DNA of 64,000 nt from an uncultured Alphaproteobacteria bacterium (GCA_944392815.1 CALXXY010000002.1:32001-96000); one strand, 5' to 3'; shown: positions 48,832 through 59,202, numbered from the stretch's first letter. Made by a program: numbers and translations. The notes: generated by a model not told the origin, from the letters alone.

Positions 48832-49746
48832 ATGGGGGAAAATATGGCACATAAAAAATCACAATCTGTTTTGTCATGGACACTGTGGCACCCGATAAAA
48901 TTCGCGTTGATTGCATTTGTGTTCATTGTGTTGATTACAGCATTATTGGGCATATTTAACACAGGTGACGTCGGTTGGCCGATTTCTGCCGGGGTATTAA
49001 CGGCAATTTTGTTGGCGGCACTGATAACATTCCGCACAATGCCACGCACCAACATGGACAGAACAGGATTTGTCGCACTGAATAATTTACAAATTCCAAT
49101 CGTCACAACTTTGTTTTTAATTTCAGCATTGGCCATAGACACATATCGACATCAAATCACCACACAATTAACATGGCTAAGCATTACAAACAACGCATTA
49201 TTAATAGCAATCATAATATTGGCGGGATTATTTTATATGTACCTGTGCGGTGTATTTTTCACAAATGTGTATGCGAAATATTTACGCTGTCGCGATATGG
49301 GCCTGGCACCATGGAAAATTATTTGCTCTATGCCATTTGGGTTCGGATTACTGTGGATACCGGGATATTTTCTGGCCGATAAAAACAAACCAACACCGGC
49401 CGTCACCATAAACACAACATGGTATTCTAAATTTACCAATTGGCTGGCCGCATCGCCGGCATATACAACATTGGCGTTTGTGCTGATTACAATTTATTCA
49501 GGTTTTTTCTATGGTTTTAATATGGCAACATTGACCATGATATCGGCGGTCATATTCGCATTATGGTACCGTATTGCCGGCCTGTCATCGTTCAGGGGTC
49601 ACATGAAAAAACAATATCCATACGTTGCAATAGTGGCAAATATTTTGACCATTATCGGCCTGATGATATTTTTCACTTCATCGGTAAACTCGGCCGCAAA
49701 TATCGCAATGAACATCAGCGATATTGCACCAACAAACGTACAGTAA
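48832..49746 (+). CDS. Hypothetical integral membrane protein
   Basis: About 8 hydrophobic segments; no recognisable family. Confidence 0.7.
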   Translation: MGENMAHKKSQSVLSWTLWHPIKFALIAFVFIVLITALLGIFNTGDVGWPISAGVLTAILLAALITFRTMPRTNMDRTGFVALNNLQIPIVTTLFLISALAIDTYRHQITTQLTWLSITNNALLIAIIILAGLFYMYLCGVFFTNVYAKYLRCRDMGLAPWKIICSMPFGFGLLWIPGYFLADKNKPTPAVTINTTWYSKFTNWLAASPAYTTLAFVLITIYSGFFYGFNMATLTMISAVIFALWYRIAGLSSFRGHMKKQYPYVAIVANILTIIGLMIFFTSSVNSAANIAMNISDIAPTNVQ

Positions 49747-49791
49747 AAAACGCGCTGGATACACGCCCACGCGGCACACAGGGGGAACAAC

Positions 49792-50838
49792 ATGAACGGA
49801 ATAATATTATTTATCGCATTAATTTTATTTTTGTGGTTGGGGCGTTCTATTTTAATTCCATTACTGGTGGCAACATTTTTGTGGTATTTAATCAACGCAA
49901 CCGCCACATACGTGCGTAAATTGTTCCCATTTAATAATGATGACGCACGCGCCGCCCGTCCAATTGCCGCACGCGCATTTGATTGGACATCAAATATTTT
50001 ATCGGTATTGGCCATGTGTGGGTTGCTGTATTTCTTTGCAACACAAATTCAGCCGATGTTCCGCGAATTGGTGGTGGCACTGCCCGAATTACAACACAAA
50101 TTCGTGCAATTTGGAAATTATCTGTCACAGTCATTGGGATTGCGCTTTGACGCGGGCATGATACCAAACATAGCCAACATAGCGGCCGGCATTGGCGCGT
50201 CTGTCGCCGGCATAGTAACATCCACGGGCATGATTTTGGTATACATGATATTTTTATTCGTGGAACAAAGTACATTTAACAAAAAATTTTCCGCATTAAT
50301 TACAAACAAACGCGAATATAAAAAGGCCCGCTTTATCGTCGACAGCATTGACGACAATATGAAAAAATATTTATTTATGAAAACATTGCTGTCGGGAATC
50401 ACAGGCGTGCTGTCATATTTCTGGCTGCAAATGATTGGTGTTGAATTTGCAGGAATCTGGGCATTTATCGTATTCGTCACCAGTTATATTCCAACAATCG
50501 GCGCAATCGTTGCGTGTGCATTGCCAATATTGTATTCATTGGTGACCGCCCCATCATTACAGCAACCATTATTAACGGCCGTTGGATTGATTGCACTGCA
50601 AATTATATTCGGCAATATATTGGAACCAAAATTAACGGGCAAAACTTTGAACCTGTCGACACTGGCGATATTAATAAACCTGGTATTTTGGGGAATGATT
50701 TGGGGCATTGCCGGCATGTTTTTCAGCGTACCGTTATTGGTGGCAATATTCATCATCACCGCCCAATTTGATTCCACACGTTGGATTGCGGTATTGCTGT
50801 CCGCGGACGGTAAAATCCCGGATAAAAACGAAGAATAA
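49792..50838 (+). CDS. AI-2E family transporter
   Basis: ILIP, KYL..KT, YIP.IG, Q...GNILEPK..G..LNLS, FWG.IWG..G.F..VPL. Confidence 0.92.
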   Translation: MNGIILFIALILFLWLGRSILIPLLVATFLWYLINATATYVRKLFPFNNDDARAARPIAARAFDWTSNILSVLAMCGLLYFFATQIQPMFRELVVALPELQHKFVQFGNYLSQSLGLRFDAGMIPNIANIAAGIGASVAGIVTSTGMILVYMIFLFVEQSTFNKKFSALITNKREYKKARFIVDSIDDNMKKYLFMKTLLSGITGVLSYFWLQMIGVEFAGIWAFIVFVTSYIPTIGAIVACALPILYSLVTAPSLQQPLLTAVGLIALQIIFGNILEPKLTGKTLNLSTLAILINLVFWGMIWGIAGMFFSVPLLVAIFIITAQFDSTRWIAVLLSADGKIPDKNEE

Positions 50839-50875
50839 AAAACGGTGCTATGTGCACCGTTTTCGCCATTTTTTA

Positions 50876-51328
50876 TTATTTCAAACGACGTATAACCGCA
50901 ATCGCATTTTCCAAAATCATACGCGCAGATTCCGAATCCAACCCGCGTTTTATATCAGAAATCCGAACCCGTCCCATATTTTCCTGGGCGGCATTACTGG
51001 TCAAAGTTTCATCAATAAACGCAACCGGCAAATCGACGTATGTGCACAGTTCCGCCGCACACGCGCGAACTGCATCGGTTGTATCGGACGCAGTTCCGTC
51101 CATTCGCAATGGCAACCCAAACACTATACCAACAACATTTTCTGCAGCGGCACAATCTGCAATCTGACGCGCAATGGATTTTTCGCCCCGCCCCGATAAA
51201 ATAGCGGGTCGCACAAACACAAATTCACGCGACGCGTCCGACACAGTAATCCCCGTGCGACGTGCGCCCCAATCAACACCCAATATGCGCCCAGCGCGCG
51301 GAAAATCGTTGAAATTCGGCAAAATCAT
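50876..51328 (-). CDS. ruvX: YqgF/RuvX RNase-H-fold nuclease
   Basis: ILGVDWG..RTG..VSD, V.GLPL.MDG, DE.LTS, D..SA..IL. Confidence 0.92.
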   Translation of the reverse strand: MILPNFNDFPRAGRILGVDWGARRTGITVSDASREFVFVRPAILSGRGEKSIARQIADCAAAENVVGIVFGLPLRMDGTASDTTDAVRACAAELCTYVDLPVAFIDETLTSNAAQENMGRVRISDIKRGLDSESARMILENAIAVIRRLK

Positions 51329-51379
51329 TGTATAATTTCCCCTGATGTTTTATAGATTATAAACAGAATAGGATTCAAA

Positions 51380-51673
51380 ATGGCATTTAGCAAGCAACAA
51401 TTAAAAAAATTTGCTGATTTAATACGAATTGATATATCGGACGAAAAACTGGAACAAATGAATATTGATTCAGTTATCGACTGGCTGGACAAATTACAAA
51501 AAATCGACACAACGGGCGTCGACCCAATGTTAAACCCGGCCGAACACAAACTGCCCCGCCGTACGGACGTTGTGACCGACGGCAACATTCGCGATGCAGT
51601 TTTGGCAAATGATCCGGACACAGCCGGCGTATCACGCGGCTATTTCGCAGTACCAAAAGTAATGGACGAATAA
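51380..51673 (+). CDS. gatC: Asp/Glu-tRNA amidotransferase subunit C
   Basis: L..IDT.GV.P, R.DVV, YFAVPKV. Confidence 0.93.
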   Translation: MAFSKQQLKKFADLIRIDISDEKLEQMNIDSVIDWLDKLQKIDTTGVDPMLNPAEHKLPRRTDVVTDGNIRDAVLANDPDTAGVSRGYFAVPKVMDE

Positions 51674-51674
51674 A

Positions 51675-53141
51675 ATGATTGATTTAACAATTACCGAAGC
51701 ATTAGAAAAATTAAAATCGCGTGAAATCAGCGCAACAGAACTGACACACGCATATTTGGAACGTATTGAAAAATATGGTGCGGATTTAAATTGCTATATA
51801 ACAACGACGCCCGAACGTGCCCTGGCGGACGCGGCCGCGTCCGACGCACGCTATGCCGCGGGCAATCCATTGCCTCTGGACGGGATCCCCATCGCGATGA
51901 AGGATTTATTTGCCACACGCGGCATTCGCACAACCGCCGCGTCACGCATGTTGGAAAATTTTGTTCCACAATACGAATCGACCGTATCGCAAAAATTTAT
52001 CGACGCCGGCACAGTCCTGCTGGGCAAAGCGAACCTGGACGAATTCGCAATGGGCACATTCAGTAAAACAAGTTTCTTTGGCGCACCCATAAATCCATGG
52101 CAAATGGAACGCAAATTAACAGCCGGCGGTTCATCTGGCGGCACAACCAGTGCGGTTGCGTCCGGCCTGGCCATTGGCGGCACGGGCACAGACACGGGCG
52201 GTTCGATTCGTTTTCCGGCGTCCATCACCGGCCTGGTCGGAATGAAACCGACATACGGCCTGTGCAGTCGTTGGGGCTGCGTTGCATTCGCGTCCAGTTT
52301 GGACACCCCCGGCCCAATCGCCCGCACGGTTGATGATGCTGCGTTATTATTAAGTGCCATGGCCGGCCACGATCCAAAGGATTCAACCAGCGCTGATGCC
52401 GGATTTCATGCACATACACCGCTTTCACCAATTTTGGGTGACGGGAAAAAATTGCGTATCGGCATAATCAAAGAATTTGCCGACGTTGAAATTTCACCGG
52501 ACATGAAACGCATATTTGACGCACGTGTTGCCGATTTAAAATCATTGGGCGCAGACGTCGTCGAAGTATCCATACCAAACATTTTGGACGCATTGGCGGC
52601 ATACTATATCATCGCCCCGGCCGAGGCATCATCAAACCTGGCGCGCTATGACGGCATGCGTTATGGCCTGCGTGTGGACGGCACTGATTTAATCGACACA
52701 TATAAAAAGACACGCGCCGCCGGTTTCGGGACCGAAGTTCAACGCCGTATGATTATTGGCACGGCCGTGTTATCCAGCGAATCGTACGAGGTTTATTTTA
52801 TGCAGGCCGCACGCGTTCGTCGCATGATAGCAGACAGTTTCAACGCCGCATTTGAACAGTGCGACCTGATACTGTGCCCTGCGGGCGCAGGCACCGCAAT
52901 GCCATTGGATTCAGATTTAACGCCACTGGAATATTATGCGTTGGATTTGTTCACAGTTGCGATGAACCTGGCCGGTGTGCCGGCATGCAGCGTACCGGCT
53001 GGAATCGCCGAAAACGGTTTACCACTGGGCATGCAGGTTGTCGGTCGCCGCTTTGACGATATGCGCGTTATGCAATTGGCAAAACATATCGAACAATTCG
53101 CCGGCGTCGATAATCGTCCAACAAAAATAATGGGGAAATAA
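51675..53141 (+). CDS. gatA: Asp/Glu-tRNA amidotransferase subunit A
   Basis: Amidase signature GGSSGG and GTDTGGSIR; SSNLARYDG; GF..EV.RR..IG. Confidence 0.97.
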   Translation: MIDLTITEALEKLKSREISATELTHAYLERIEKYGADLNCYITTTPERALADAAASDARYAAGNPLPLDGIPIAMKDLFATRGIRTTAASRMLENFVPQYESTVSQKFIDAGTVLLGKANLDEFAMGTFSKTSFFGAPINPWQMERKLTAGGSSGGTTSAVASGLAIGGTGTDTGGSIRFPASITGLVGMKPTYGLCSRWGCVAFASSLDTPGPIARTVDDAALLLSAMAGHDPKDSTSADAGFHAHTPLSPILGDGKKLRIGIIKEFADVEISPDMKRIFDARVADLKSLGADVVEVSIPNILDALAAYYIIAPAEASSNLARYDGMRYGLRVDGTDLIDTYKKTRAAGFGTEVQRRMIIGTAVLSSESYEVYFMQAARVRRMIADSFNAAFEQCDLILCPAGAGTAMPLDSDLTPLEYYALDLFTVAMNLAGVPACSVPAGIAENGLPLGMQVVGRRFDDMRVMQLAKHIEQFAGVDNRPTKIMGK

Positions 53142-53145
53142 AAAA

Positions 53146-53221
53146 TGGTGGCCAGAAGTGGAATCGAACCACTGACACAGGGATTTTCAGTCCCTTGCTC
53201 TACCAACTGAGCTATCTGGCC
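53146..53221 (-). tRNA. tRNA-Phe (GAA)
   Basis: GGCCAGATAGCTCAGTTGGTAGAGC...CTGAAAA...GGTTCGATTCC...CTGGCCACCA; 76 nt with encoded CCA. Confidence 0.98.
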
Positions 53222-53233
53222 AACGTGAGACGA

Positions 53234-53262
53234 ATAATAAAGTACCAAACGACAAAAAGCAA
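53234..53262 (-). promoter_or_regulatory. Putative sigma70 promoter of tRNA-Phe
   Basis: Minus-strand TTGCTT-N17-TATTAT, 12 bp upstream of the tRNA. Confidence 0.55.
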
Positions 53263-53275
53263 GGAAAAATAAAAA

Positions 53276-54799
53276 ATGTTTACGATAAAGGGCAAAACAA
53301 CAGATTGGGAATTGGTTATCGGACTAGAAACGCATATAGAGGTTCTGTCCCACAGCAAACTGTTCAGCGGTGCGTCCGCGGACTATAACCCGTCGATTTC
53401 CCCCAATACCCAGGTATCAATGGTTGATGTCGCCATGCCTGGCATGTTGCCGGTATTAAACGAATACTGCGTTGAACAGGCGATTAAAATGGGACTGGGC
53501 CTGAATGCAGAAATATCCCGCCGCAGTAAATTTGCCCGCAAACAATATTTTTACCCTGACCTGCCCCAGGGATATCAGATTTCCCAACCGGCCGAAGAAC
53601 CACCAATCGTTGGCCGCGGCTGGGTTGAAATTATGGGTGATGACGGCAACCCGAAAAAGATTTTAATCGAACGCGCACATTTGGAACAGGACGCCGGAAA
53701 ATTAAAACACGATATGCACCCAACAAAATCATTTGCGGACTATAATCGTACGGGTGTAGCCCTGTTGGAAATTGTAACGTTCCTGGATACAAAAAATCCT
53801 GAAAACAATTCATATATATCGTCCCCGGACGAGGCCGAACGCTATCTGCGCGAAATTCGTGAAATCGCACGCGCCCTGGGCGTATCCAAGGCAAATATGG
53901 AGGAAGGATCCATGCGTGCCGACGTTAATGTATCTGTGCGCCCCGTGGGCAGCCAAGAATTCCGCACACGTACAGAAACAAAAAACATGGTGTCATTCAA
54001 ATTTATTAAATCCGCCATTGAGTACGAGGCCCGCCGTCAAATCGAAATATACGAAAACGGTGGCACCGTGTCCCAGGACACAATGCGCTATTCCCAGGCC
54101 GATGGAACAACATCGGTCATGCGCAGCAAAGAAGACGCACTGGATTACCGCTATTTCCCGGATCCAGATTTATTGCCACTGGAAATTTCCGACGATATGA
54201 TTGAACGTATTCGCAGTACCATGCCGGAACTGCCGGCGGCGACCCGCGCGCGCTATGTGCATGATTTCGGGCTGTCTGAATATGATGCCGCGCGTCTGAC
54301 CGAAACAACGGACATATCAAAATGGTTTGATGCGGCGGTTGGAAACAACCCAAAACGCGCGAAATCCATCGCGAATTGGATGATTTCTGAATTGTTCGCA
54401 CACCCCGAAAATTGGGACACAAAAAACGCGCTGGATACATCTGAGTGCGGCACAGCGCGGATTATCACACCATCTGATTTGGCCGAATTGGTCGATATGA
54501 TTGCCGAAAATGCAATCAATGGAAAACAGGCCAAGGAAATATTTACCAAAATGTTAGACGGTGAAACGGGCACCCCGCGCGCAATTGCCGAAAAATTTGG
54601 TATGCAACAAATTACCGATACCGCCGCAATCGAATCGGTTGTGGACGATGTAATCGCCAAAAACGCGCCCCAGGTTGAACAATACAAATCTGGCAAAACA
54701 GGATTGTTCGGATTCTTTGTTGGTGCGGTTATGAAATCAACCGGTGGCCAGGCGAATCCAGCAGTTGTAAATGAAATTCTGCGTAAAAAATTGTCGTAA
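53276..54799 (+). CDS. gatB: Asp/Glu-tRNA amidotransferase subunit B
   Basis: IGLE.H, PG.LPVLN, YFYPDLP, LE.DAGK, MEEGSMRADVN, YRYFP.PDL, C-terminal YqeY-like tail. Confidence 0.97.
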   Translation: MFTIKGKTTDWELVIGLETHIEVLSHSKLFSGASADYNPSISPNTQVSMVDVAMPGMLPVLNEYCVEQAIKMGLGLNAEISRRSKFARKQYFYPDLPQGYQISQPAEEPPIVGRGWVEIMGDDGNPKKILIERAHLEQDAGKLKHDMHPTKSFADYNRTGVALLEIVTFLDTKNPENNSYISSPDEAERYLREIREIARALGVSKANMEEGSMRADVNVSVRPVGSQEFRTRTETKNMVSFKFIKSAIEYEARRQIEIYENGGTVSQDTMRYSQADGTTSVMRSKEDALDYRYFPDPDLLPLEISDDMIERIRSTMPELPAATRARYVHDFGLSEYDAARLTETTDISKWFDAAVGNNPKRAKSIANWMISELFAHPENWDTKNALDTSECGTARIITPSDLAELVDMIAENAINGKQAKEIFTKMLDGETGTPRAIAEKFGMQQITDTAAIESVVDDVIAKNAPQVEQYKSGKTGLFGFFVGAVMKSTGGQANPAVVNEILRKKLS

Positions 54800-54817
54800 T
54801 AATCAAAAGGAAAAAAT

Positions 54818-54985
54818 ATGCGTTTCGTCACAATTATCGAAGATGATCCAATCACAGGCGTGAAATATGGCCCAGTTGAAATTCCATTTTCCAACGTGCC
54901 AAAGCATGAAGTTATCCGCCGCATAAAAAACATTCAGGCAATCAAAGCAAAACAAATTCGTGCCGAAAAACAAAAGAATAAATAA
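54818..54985 (+). CDS. Small hypothetical protein (55 aa, below the ORF-track cutoff)
   Basis: AAAGGA RBS; MRFVTIIEDDPITGVKYGPVEIPFSNVPKHEVIRRIKNIQAIKAKQIRAEKQKNK; fills the gatB-miaB gap. Confidence 0.65.
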   Translation: MRFVTIIEDDPITGVKYGPVEIPFSNVPKHEVIRRIKNIQAIKAKQIRAEKQKNK

Positions 54986-54988
54986 ACG

Positions 54989-56290
54989 ATGAAAAAATTT
55001 TTCATTCACACATTCGGCTGTCAAATGAATGTCTATGACGGCCAGCGGATTGCGTCCATGTTGCGCGGTCGCGGATACACGCAAACCGACGATTACACCG
55101 ACGCAGATATTATCATATTAAACACATGCGCCGTCCGCGCCAAGGCAACTGATAAAGTATTCAGCGCACTGGGGCGCATACGCACAGAAAAACGCCCCGA
55201 CGCATTAATGGGCATAGTCGGCTGTGTCGCGCGCGAATCGGGCGCTGACGCATTTCGGCGCGTACCCGAATTAAATTTTGTTTTGGGCCCCCAAAGTTAT
55301 CATAAATTACCGGAAATTTTGGAAAACCCGGACGCCCGCCTGTTTAACATTGACCTGGGCGGCCTGGAAAAATTTGATGAAATGCCACAAATGGACGCGT
55401 CCCCCGCGGTTGCCTATATCCCAATCCAAGAGGGCTGCAATCATTGCTGTACATACTGCATAGTACCCTATACGCGCGGCCGGGAAATATCACGCCCATT
55501 TGACGACGTTGTGCGCGACACTGTTCACGCCGCCAACACAGGCGCGATTGAAATATGCTTTTTGGGCCAAAATGTGAACGGATACAAATACACCGACGCA
55601 AACGGCAAAATATATCGTCTGTCGGATTTGATTCATGCGGCCGCCAAATTGGACGCCATTAAACGCATCAGATTCACATCCAGTTATCCAACCGAAATGA
55701 CCGATGATTTAATCGACATGTTCCGCACCGAGGCAAAACTGTTGCCTTTTTTAAACATGCCTATACAAAGCGGGTCGCAAAATGTATTGACAAAGATGAA
55801 CCGTCCATACACGTTAAATCTATATATAGATATAGTTGACAAATTAAAATCCGCCCGCCCAGATGTTCAAATTTCCAGCGATTTTATTGTCGGGTTCCCG
55901 GGTGAATCAGATGATGATTTTGAACAAACTTTGGAAATCGCGCGACGCATAAAATATATCAATTCGTTTTCATTCAAATATTCGCCCCGCCCACATACCG
56001 CGGCGGCCGTTATGCCGAACCAGATACCTGAAAAAATCAAATCCCAGCGGTTATATAAATTGGACGAATTGCTAAACGAAATCCAGCGCGAATTCAATGA
56101 ATCATGTATCGACAGCGAATTGGAATGCCTGGCCGAGGGTCCCGATAAAACCGGACAAAACACTATTTATCGTACCCCATATATGCAGCAATGCATCGTA
56201 AACATTCCTGCCGATACAGCACCACAATTGGCAAAAATAAAAATTACAGCGGCCAACAAAGCGTCACTGCGCGGGAACATTATGGATTAA
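54989..56290 (+). CDS. miaB: tRNA-2-methylthio-N6-dimethylallyladenosine synthase
   Basis: TFGCQMNVYD, NTC, GCVA, radical-SAM C-x3-C-x2-C (CNHCCTYC), SSDFIVGFPGE. Confidence 0.95.
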   Translation: MKKFFIHTFGCQMNVYDGQRIASMLRGRGYTQTDDYTDADIIILNTCAVRAKATDKVFSALGRIRTEKRPDALMGIVGCVARESGADAFRRVPELNFVLGPQSYHKLPEILENPDARLFNIDLGGLEKFDEMPQMDASPAVAYIPIQEGCNHCCTYCIVPYTRGREISRPFDDVVRDTVHAANTGAIEICFLGQNVNGYKYTDANGKIYRLSDLIHAAAKLDAIKRIRFTSSYPTEMTDDLIDMFRTEAKLLPFLNMPIQSGSQNVLTKMNRPYTLNLYIDIVDKLKSARPDVQISSDFIVGFPGESDDDFEQTLEIARRIKYINSFSFKYSPRPHTAAAVMPNQIPEKIKSQRLYKLDELLNEIQREFNESCIDSELECLAEGPDKTGQNTIYRTPYMQQCIVNIPADTAPQLAKIKITAANKASLRGNIMD

Positions 56291-57822
56291 AAGCCCATAC
56301 CAAAACCCAACCCAAATTTTACCCCGGCGCCAACCGCATCGTCGTATATAAAACCAACACTGATATTGCCGCCAATTCCGTCCATGGGCGACGCAACCTG
56401 CATTTGTACATCGGCATTCACTGTGCCGCGCGCATCAGCACTGACCGTGGCGCCATATTTATATTCCAAATCAAAATCACCGTTAACATCAAACATTATA
56501 TTGGCACCACCACCAATAATAAAATCAGTGTCTGTTGCGTTGGTAATTTTTACCCAATCGGCGCCAACACGAACAAACGGCGTTAATACAATATCGGACG
56601 ACAAATCGAAATTCACCCCGACATCAGAAATCAAATACATGGACAATCCCAGCGGATCTGTCACGGTATCATGCCCATCAAACACAGGCCCGATATTAAA
56701 ATCTGCAACGGTCACACCCGCCAATGCACGTGCAAAAATCAAATCACCAAAATACGCTATGTGCACGTTTCCGCCGTACAGCGCGGATTTATATTCATCA
56801 AAATTATCTGCATAATCCATACTGACCACATATCCAGAAATCCCAAACGTAAAATCATGTCCGGCATTGTATACCTTGTCAATCGCAACACCAAACGCGT
56901 CCATATTATTTGACATTACCGCCAACGGCGCAACGGACAACGTTGCCGTACGTTGTGGCAAACGCGCCATCATAACCGAATCCATCACGCGCACAGAATC
57001 CATCAACAACATCGGCGTCATACGCGCAGATTGTGCCAACACAGAATTAATCTCATCAACACTGGCCGCCCTGTCCACAGCGGCAATCAATCTGTCATTT
57101 GGATTTGCCGCGCGCAATTCATTCAAAAACAGACCTGCACCGTTATTCAAAACCTTGGCATAATCGGTATCGCGCACAATATCCACATATAACGACCCAC
57201 CACGAATTTGCGCATTCACCCGATACAGCGAATTATTCGCTGTACCCAAAACCTGAACCACGCCATTCGTACTGGCGTCTATGTTATTCAACACAAAACC
57301 ATCGACCAAATCGGCTGAATTATCAACATAAAACACAGTGTTGCCATGCAATTTCAAATTTTCAAACGCCCCACTGTCAATCGCGCTGTCCACCAGTAAT
57401 GCCGAATCGGTCACCGTTATAAAATCTGCACCATTGGCAATTTCCGCCAACTCAGACAAAGAAATCGCATCACCAAAATCATTTTGCACAACAATTTCAA
57501 AATTTTTATTTACGTCACCAATGAAATTAACATCTGAATCGCTGTTAATAATTTGCACAACACGCGCAGTATCACTCGCGATAATATCGGCACTCATTTG
57601 TCCGCTGTTTTGAATATACAGCGTCCGCCCAGACGCAACATTTATGCGCCCGGTAAAATCGCCTTGGTTCACAATGGTCACGGTGGCGGTTATATTTATA
57701 TCATCATGCACAGATTGCCCCGATGAAATATACATATCCCGACCAACATCCATGCCAAACGCAGCGCGCCCCACAGCACAAACACCAATAAAAGCGACAA
57801 TGAAAATATTTTCCAGTTTCAT
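56287..57822 (-). CDS. Secreted outer-membrane protein, autotransporter-like
   Basis: Signal peptide, beta-rich N-terminal half, helical linker, amphipathic strands ending FGLGFGMGF. Confidence 0.6.
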   Translation of the reverse strand: MKLENIFIVAFIGVCAVGRAAFGMDVGRDMYISSGQSVHDDINITATVTIVNQGDFTGRINVASGRTLYIQNSGQMSADIIASDTARVVQIINSDSDVNFIGDVNKNFEIVVQNDFGDAISLSELAEIANGADFITVTDSALLVDSAIDSGAFENLKLHGNTVFYVDNSADLVDGFVLNNIDASTNGVVQVLGTANNSLYRVNAQIRGGSLYVDIVRDTDYAKVLNNGAGLFLNELRAANPNDRLIAAVDRAASVDEINSVLAQSARMTPMLLMDSVRVMDSVMMARLPQRTATLSVAPLAVMSNNMDAFGVAIDKVYNAGHDFTFGISGYVVSMDYADNFDEYKSALYGGNVHIAYFGDLIFARALAGVTVADFNIGPVFDGHDTVTDPLGLSMYLISDVGVNFDLSSDIVLTPFVRVGADWVKITNATDTDFIIGGGANIMFDVNGDFDLEYKYGATVSADARGTVNADVQMQVASPMDGIGGNISVGFIYDDAVGAGVKFGLGFGMGF

Positions 57823-57921
57823 AATGTTGAACAGCATAACACACAGGAAATATTTCTTAAAGTGTTTTTATTAAAAAAACAACCCCGAAAAAATCGGGGT
57901 TGCATACATGCCGGACAACTT

Positions 57922-58467
57922 TTATAACATTACGCCCTTTTCCAACGTGCCCCAACCGGCTTTGTACCCGCCGTCACGTTCCAGATAAATTTTGGCGTTA
58001 TTCAATTGTTCCGCGGTCAGCCCACGAATGATGAACGATTCTTTCAAACGGCCACCAGATTTTTGTGAACTTAACGTCGGGAAATTAACAGACATCGGTT
58101 CTTTGTCGCAACACATGCTGTTGTTGTTGCAACTGCTGCACTGGTGCACGCGCACAGTATACACTTTGCCCGGGCGTAAATCTTTGACGTCTACCTCCAT
58201 TTTCAGGCCAGCGTCTGTTTCATAAAACTTGATATAACCCATTCTGGATTCACCGCCATGACTGCTGTGCGTATACATTTTTGCATGCACATGCGTCACA
58301 TCAGAATCTTCGTATGTCTGATAAAACACAACCGTTTCTGTCGGTTGCGGCACAGGTTTTGGTTGTGGTTTGGCCTTTTTCTGGCCACAGCCCGCACACC
58401 CCGACAACAATACCACGACACCCAATGCAGATGTCAGGATCAACATTTTCTTTACTATATTTTTCAT
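57922..58467 (-). CDS. Lipoprotein with degenerate Cu/Zn-SOD-like fold
   Basis: Lipobox LSGC, Pro linker, G.IKF.ET..GL..EV....L.PG.....VHQ...C. Confidence 0.6.
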   Translation of the reverse strand: MKNIVKKMLILTSALGVVVLLSGCAGCGQKKAKPQPKPVPQPTETVVFYQTYEDSDVTHVHAKMYTHSSHGGESRMGYIKFYETDAGLKMEVDVKDLRPGKVYTVRVHQCSSCNNNSMCCDKEPMSVNFPTLSSQKSGGRLKESFIIRGLTAEQLNNAKIYLERDGGYKAGWGTLEKGVML

Positions 58468-58590
58468 ATAAATCTCCTTTGGTTTAATATTTTATATTTT
58501 CACGCATGCAGCGGAATCATGCACATAGCGCGATTTGGCGCGGTAAAAATCCGTTCATATATCATGACGGATTTTACCGCCACCCCCGGG

Positions 58591-59202
58591 TTAAAACATG
58601 AATCTGATACCAATATCACCACCGAAATTATGCAGGCCCGAATTCACGTCCACATAGTTATAACGTGCGGCAATATCAACAGCAATACGTTCCAAATCGA
58701 ATGTCACGCCCAACGCACCCATCGCTGAAAAACGTGTTTTGCTTTCGCTGTGGTCGCCAACCGTGGGCACATCGCGGCTGACGTCTGTAAACGCCACACC
58801 GGCACCCAATCCAAAGAACGGACGCACAATATGATATCCACCGAATTCCCAATATGTGTTCCACAACAACGTTTGCATTTTGGATTCAACCTTGACATCA
58901 TCGGCCAATCCGAATTTCGCGCTGTCTTTGGCCTTGCTGTAAATAGACCATTCGATTTCAGAACGCACAGTATCGCACACTTCCAAACCTAATGCGACAC
59001 GCCCCTGAAATACCATATCAGCCATGGTATCTTTGTGACCATTAAAACCATAATTCAAAGTATTATAACTGGCACCGCCACGCAGCCCAATGTACGGATC
59101 CAATCCGAACAGTTGCCAACTGGTGTCGTACGGATCGCGCCCTGCTGCAAACGCTGGGCACGCAATCAGCACCGCCAGCGTTGATATAACTATTTTTTTC
59201 AT
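58591..59202 (-). CDS. Outer-membrane beta-barrel protein (8-stranded, opacity/OmpA-TM-like)
   Basis: Signal peptide ending AFA; VRSEIEW, RPFFGLGAG, DIAARY; C-terminal IGIRFMF. Confidence 0.87.
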   Translation of the reverse strand: MKKIVISTLAVLIACPAFAAGRDPYDTSWQLFGLDPYIGLRGGASYNTLNYGFNGHKDTMADMVFQGRVALGLEVCDTVRSEIEWSIYSKAKDSAKFGLADDVKVESKMQTLLWNTYWEFGGYHIVRPFFGLGAGVAFTDVSRDVPTVGDHSESKTRFSAMGALGVTFDLERIAVDIAARYNYVDVNSGLHNFGGDIGIRFMF

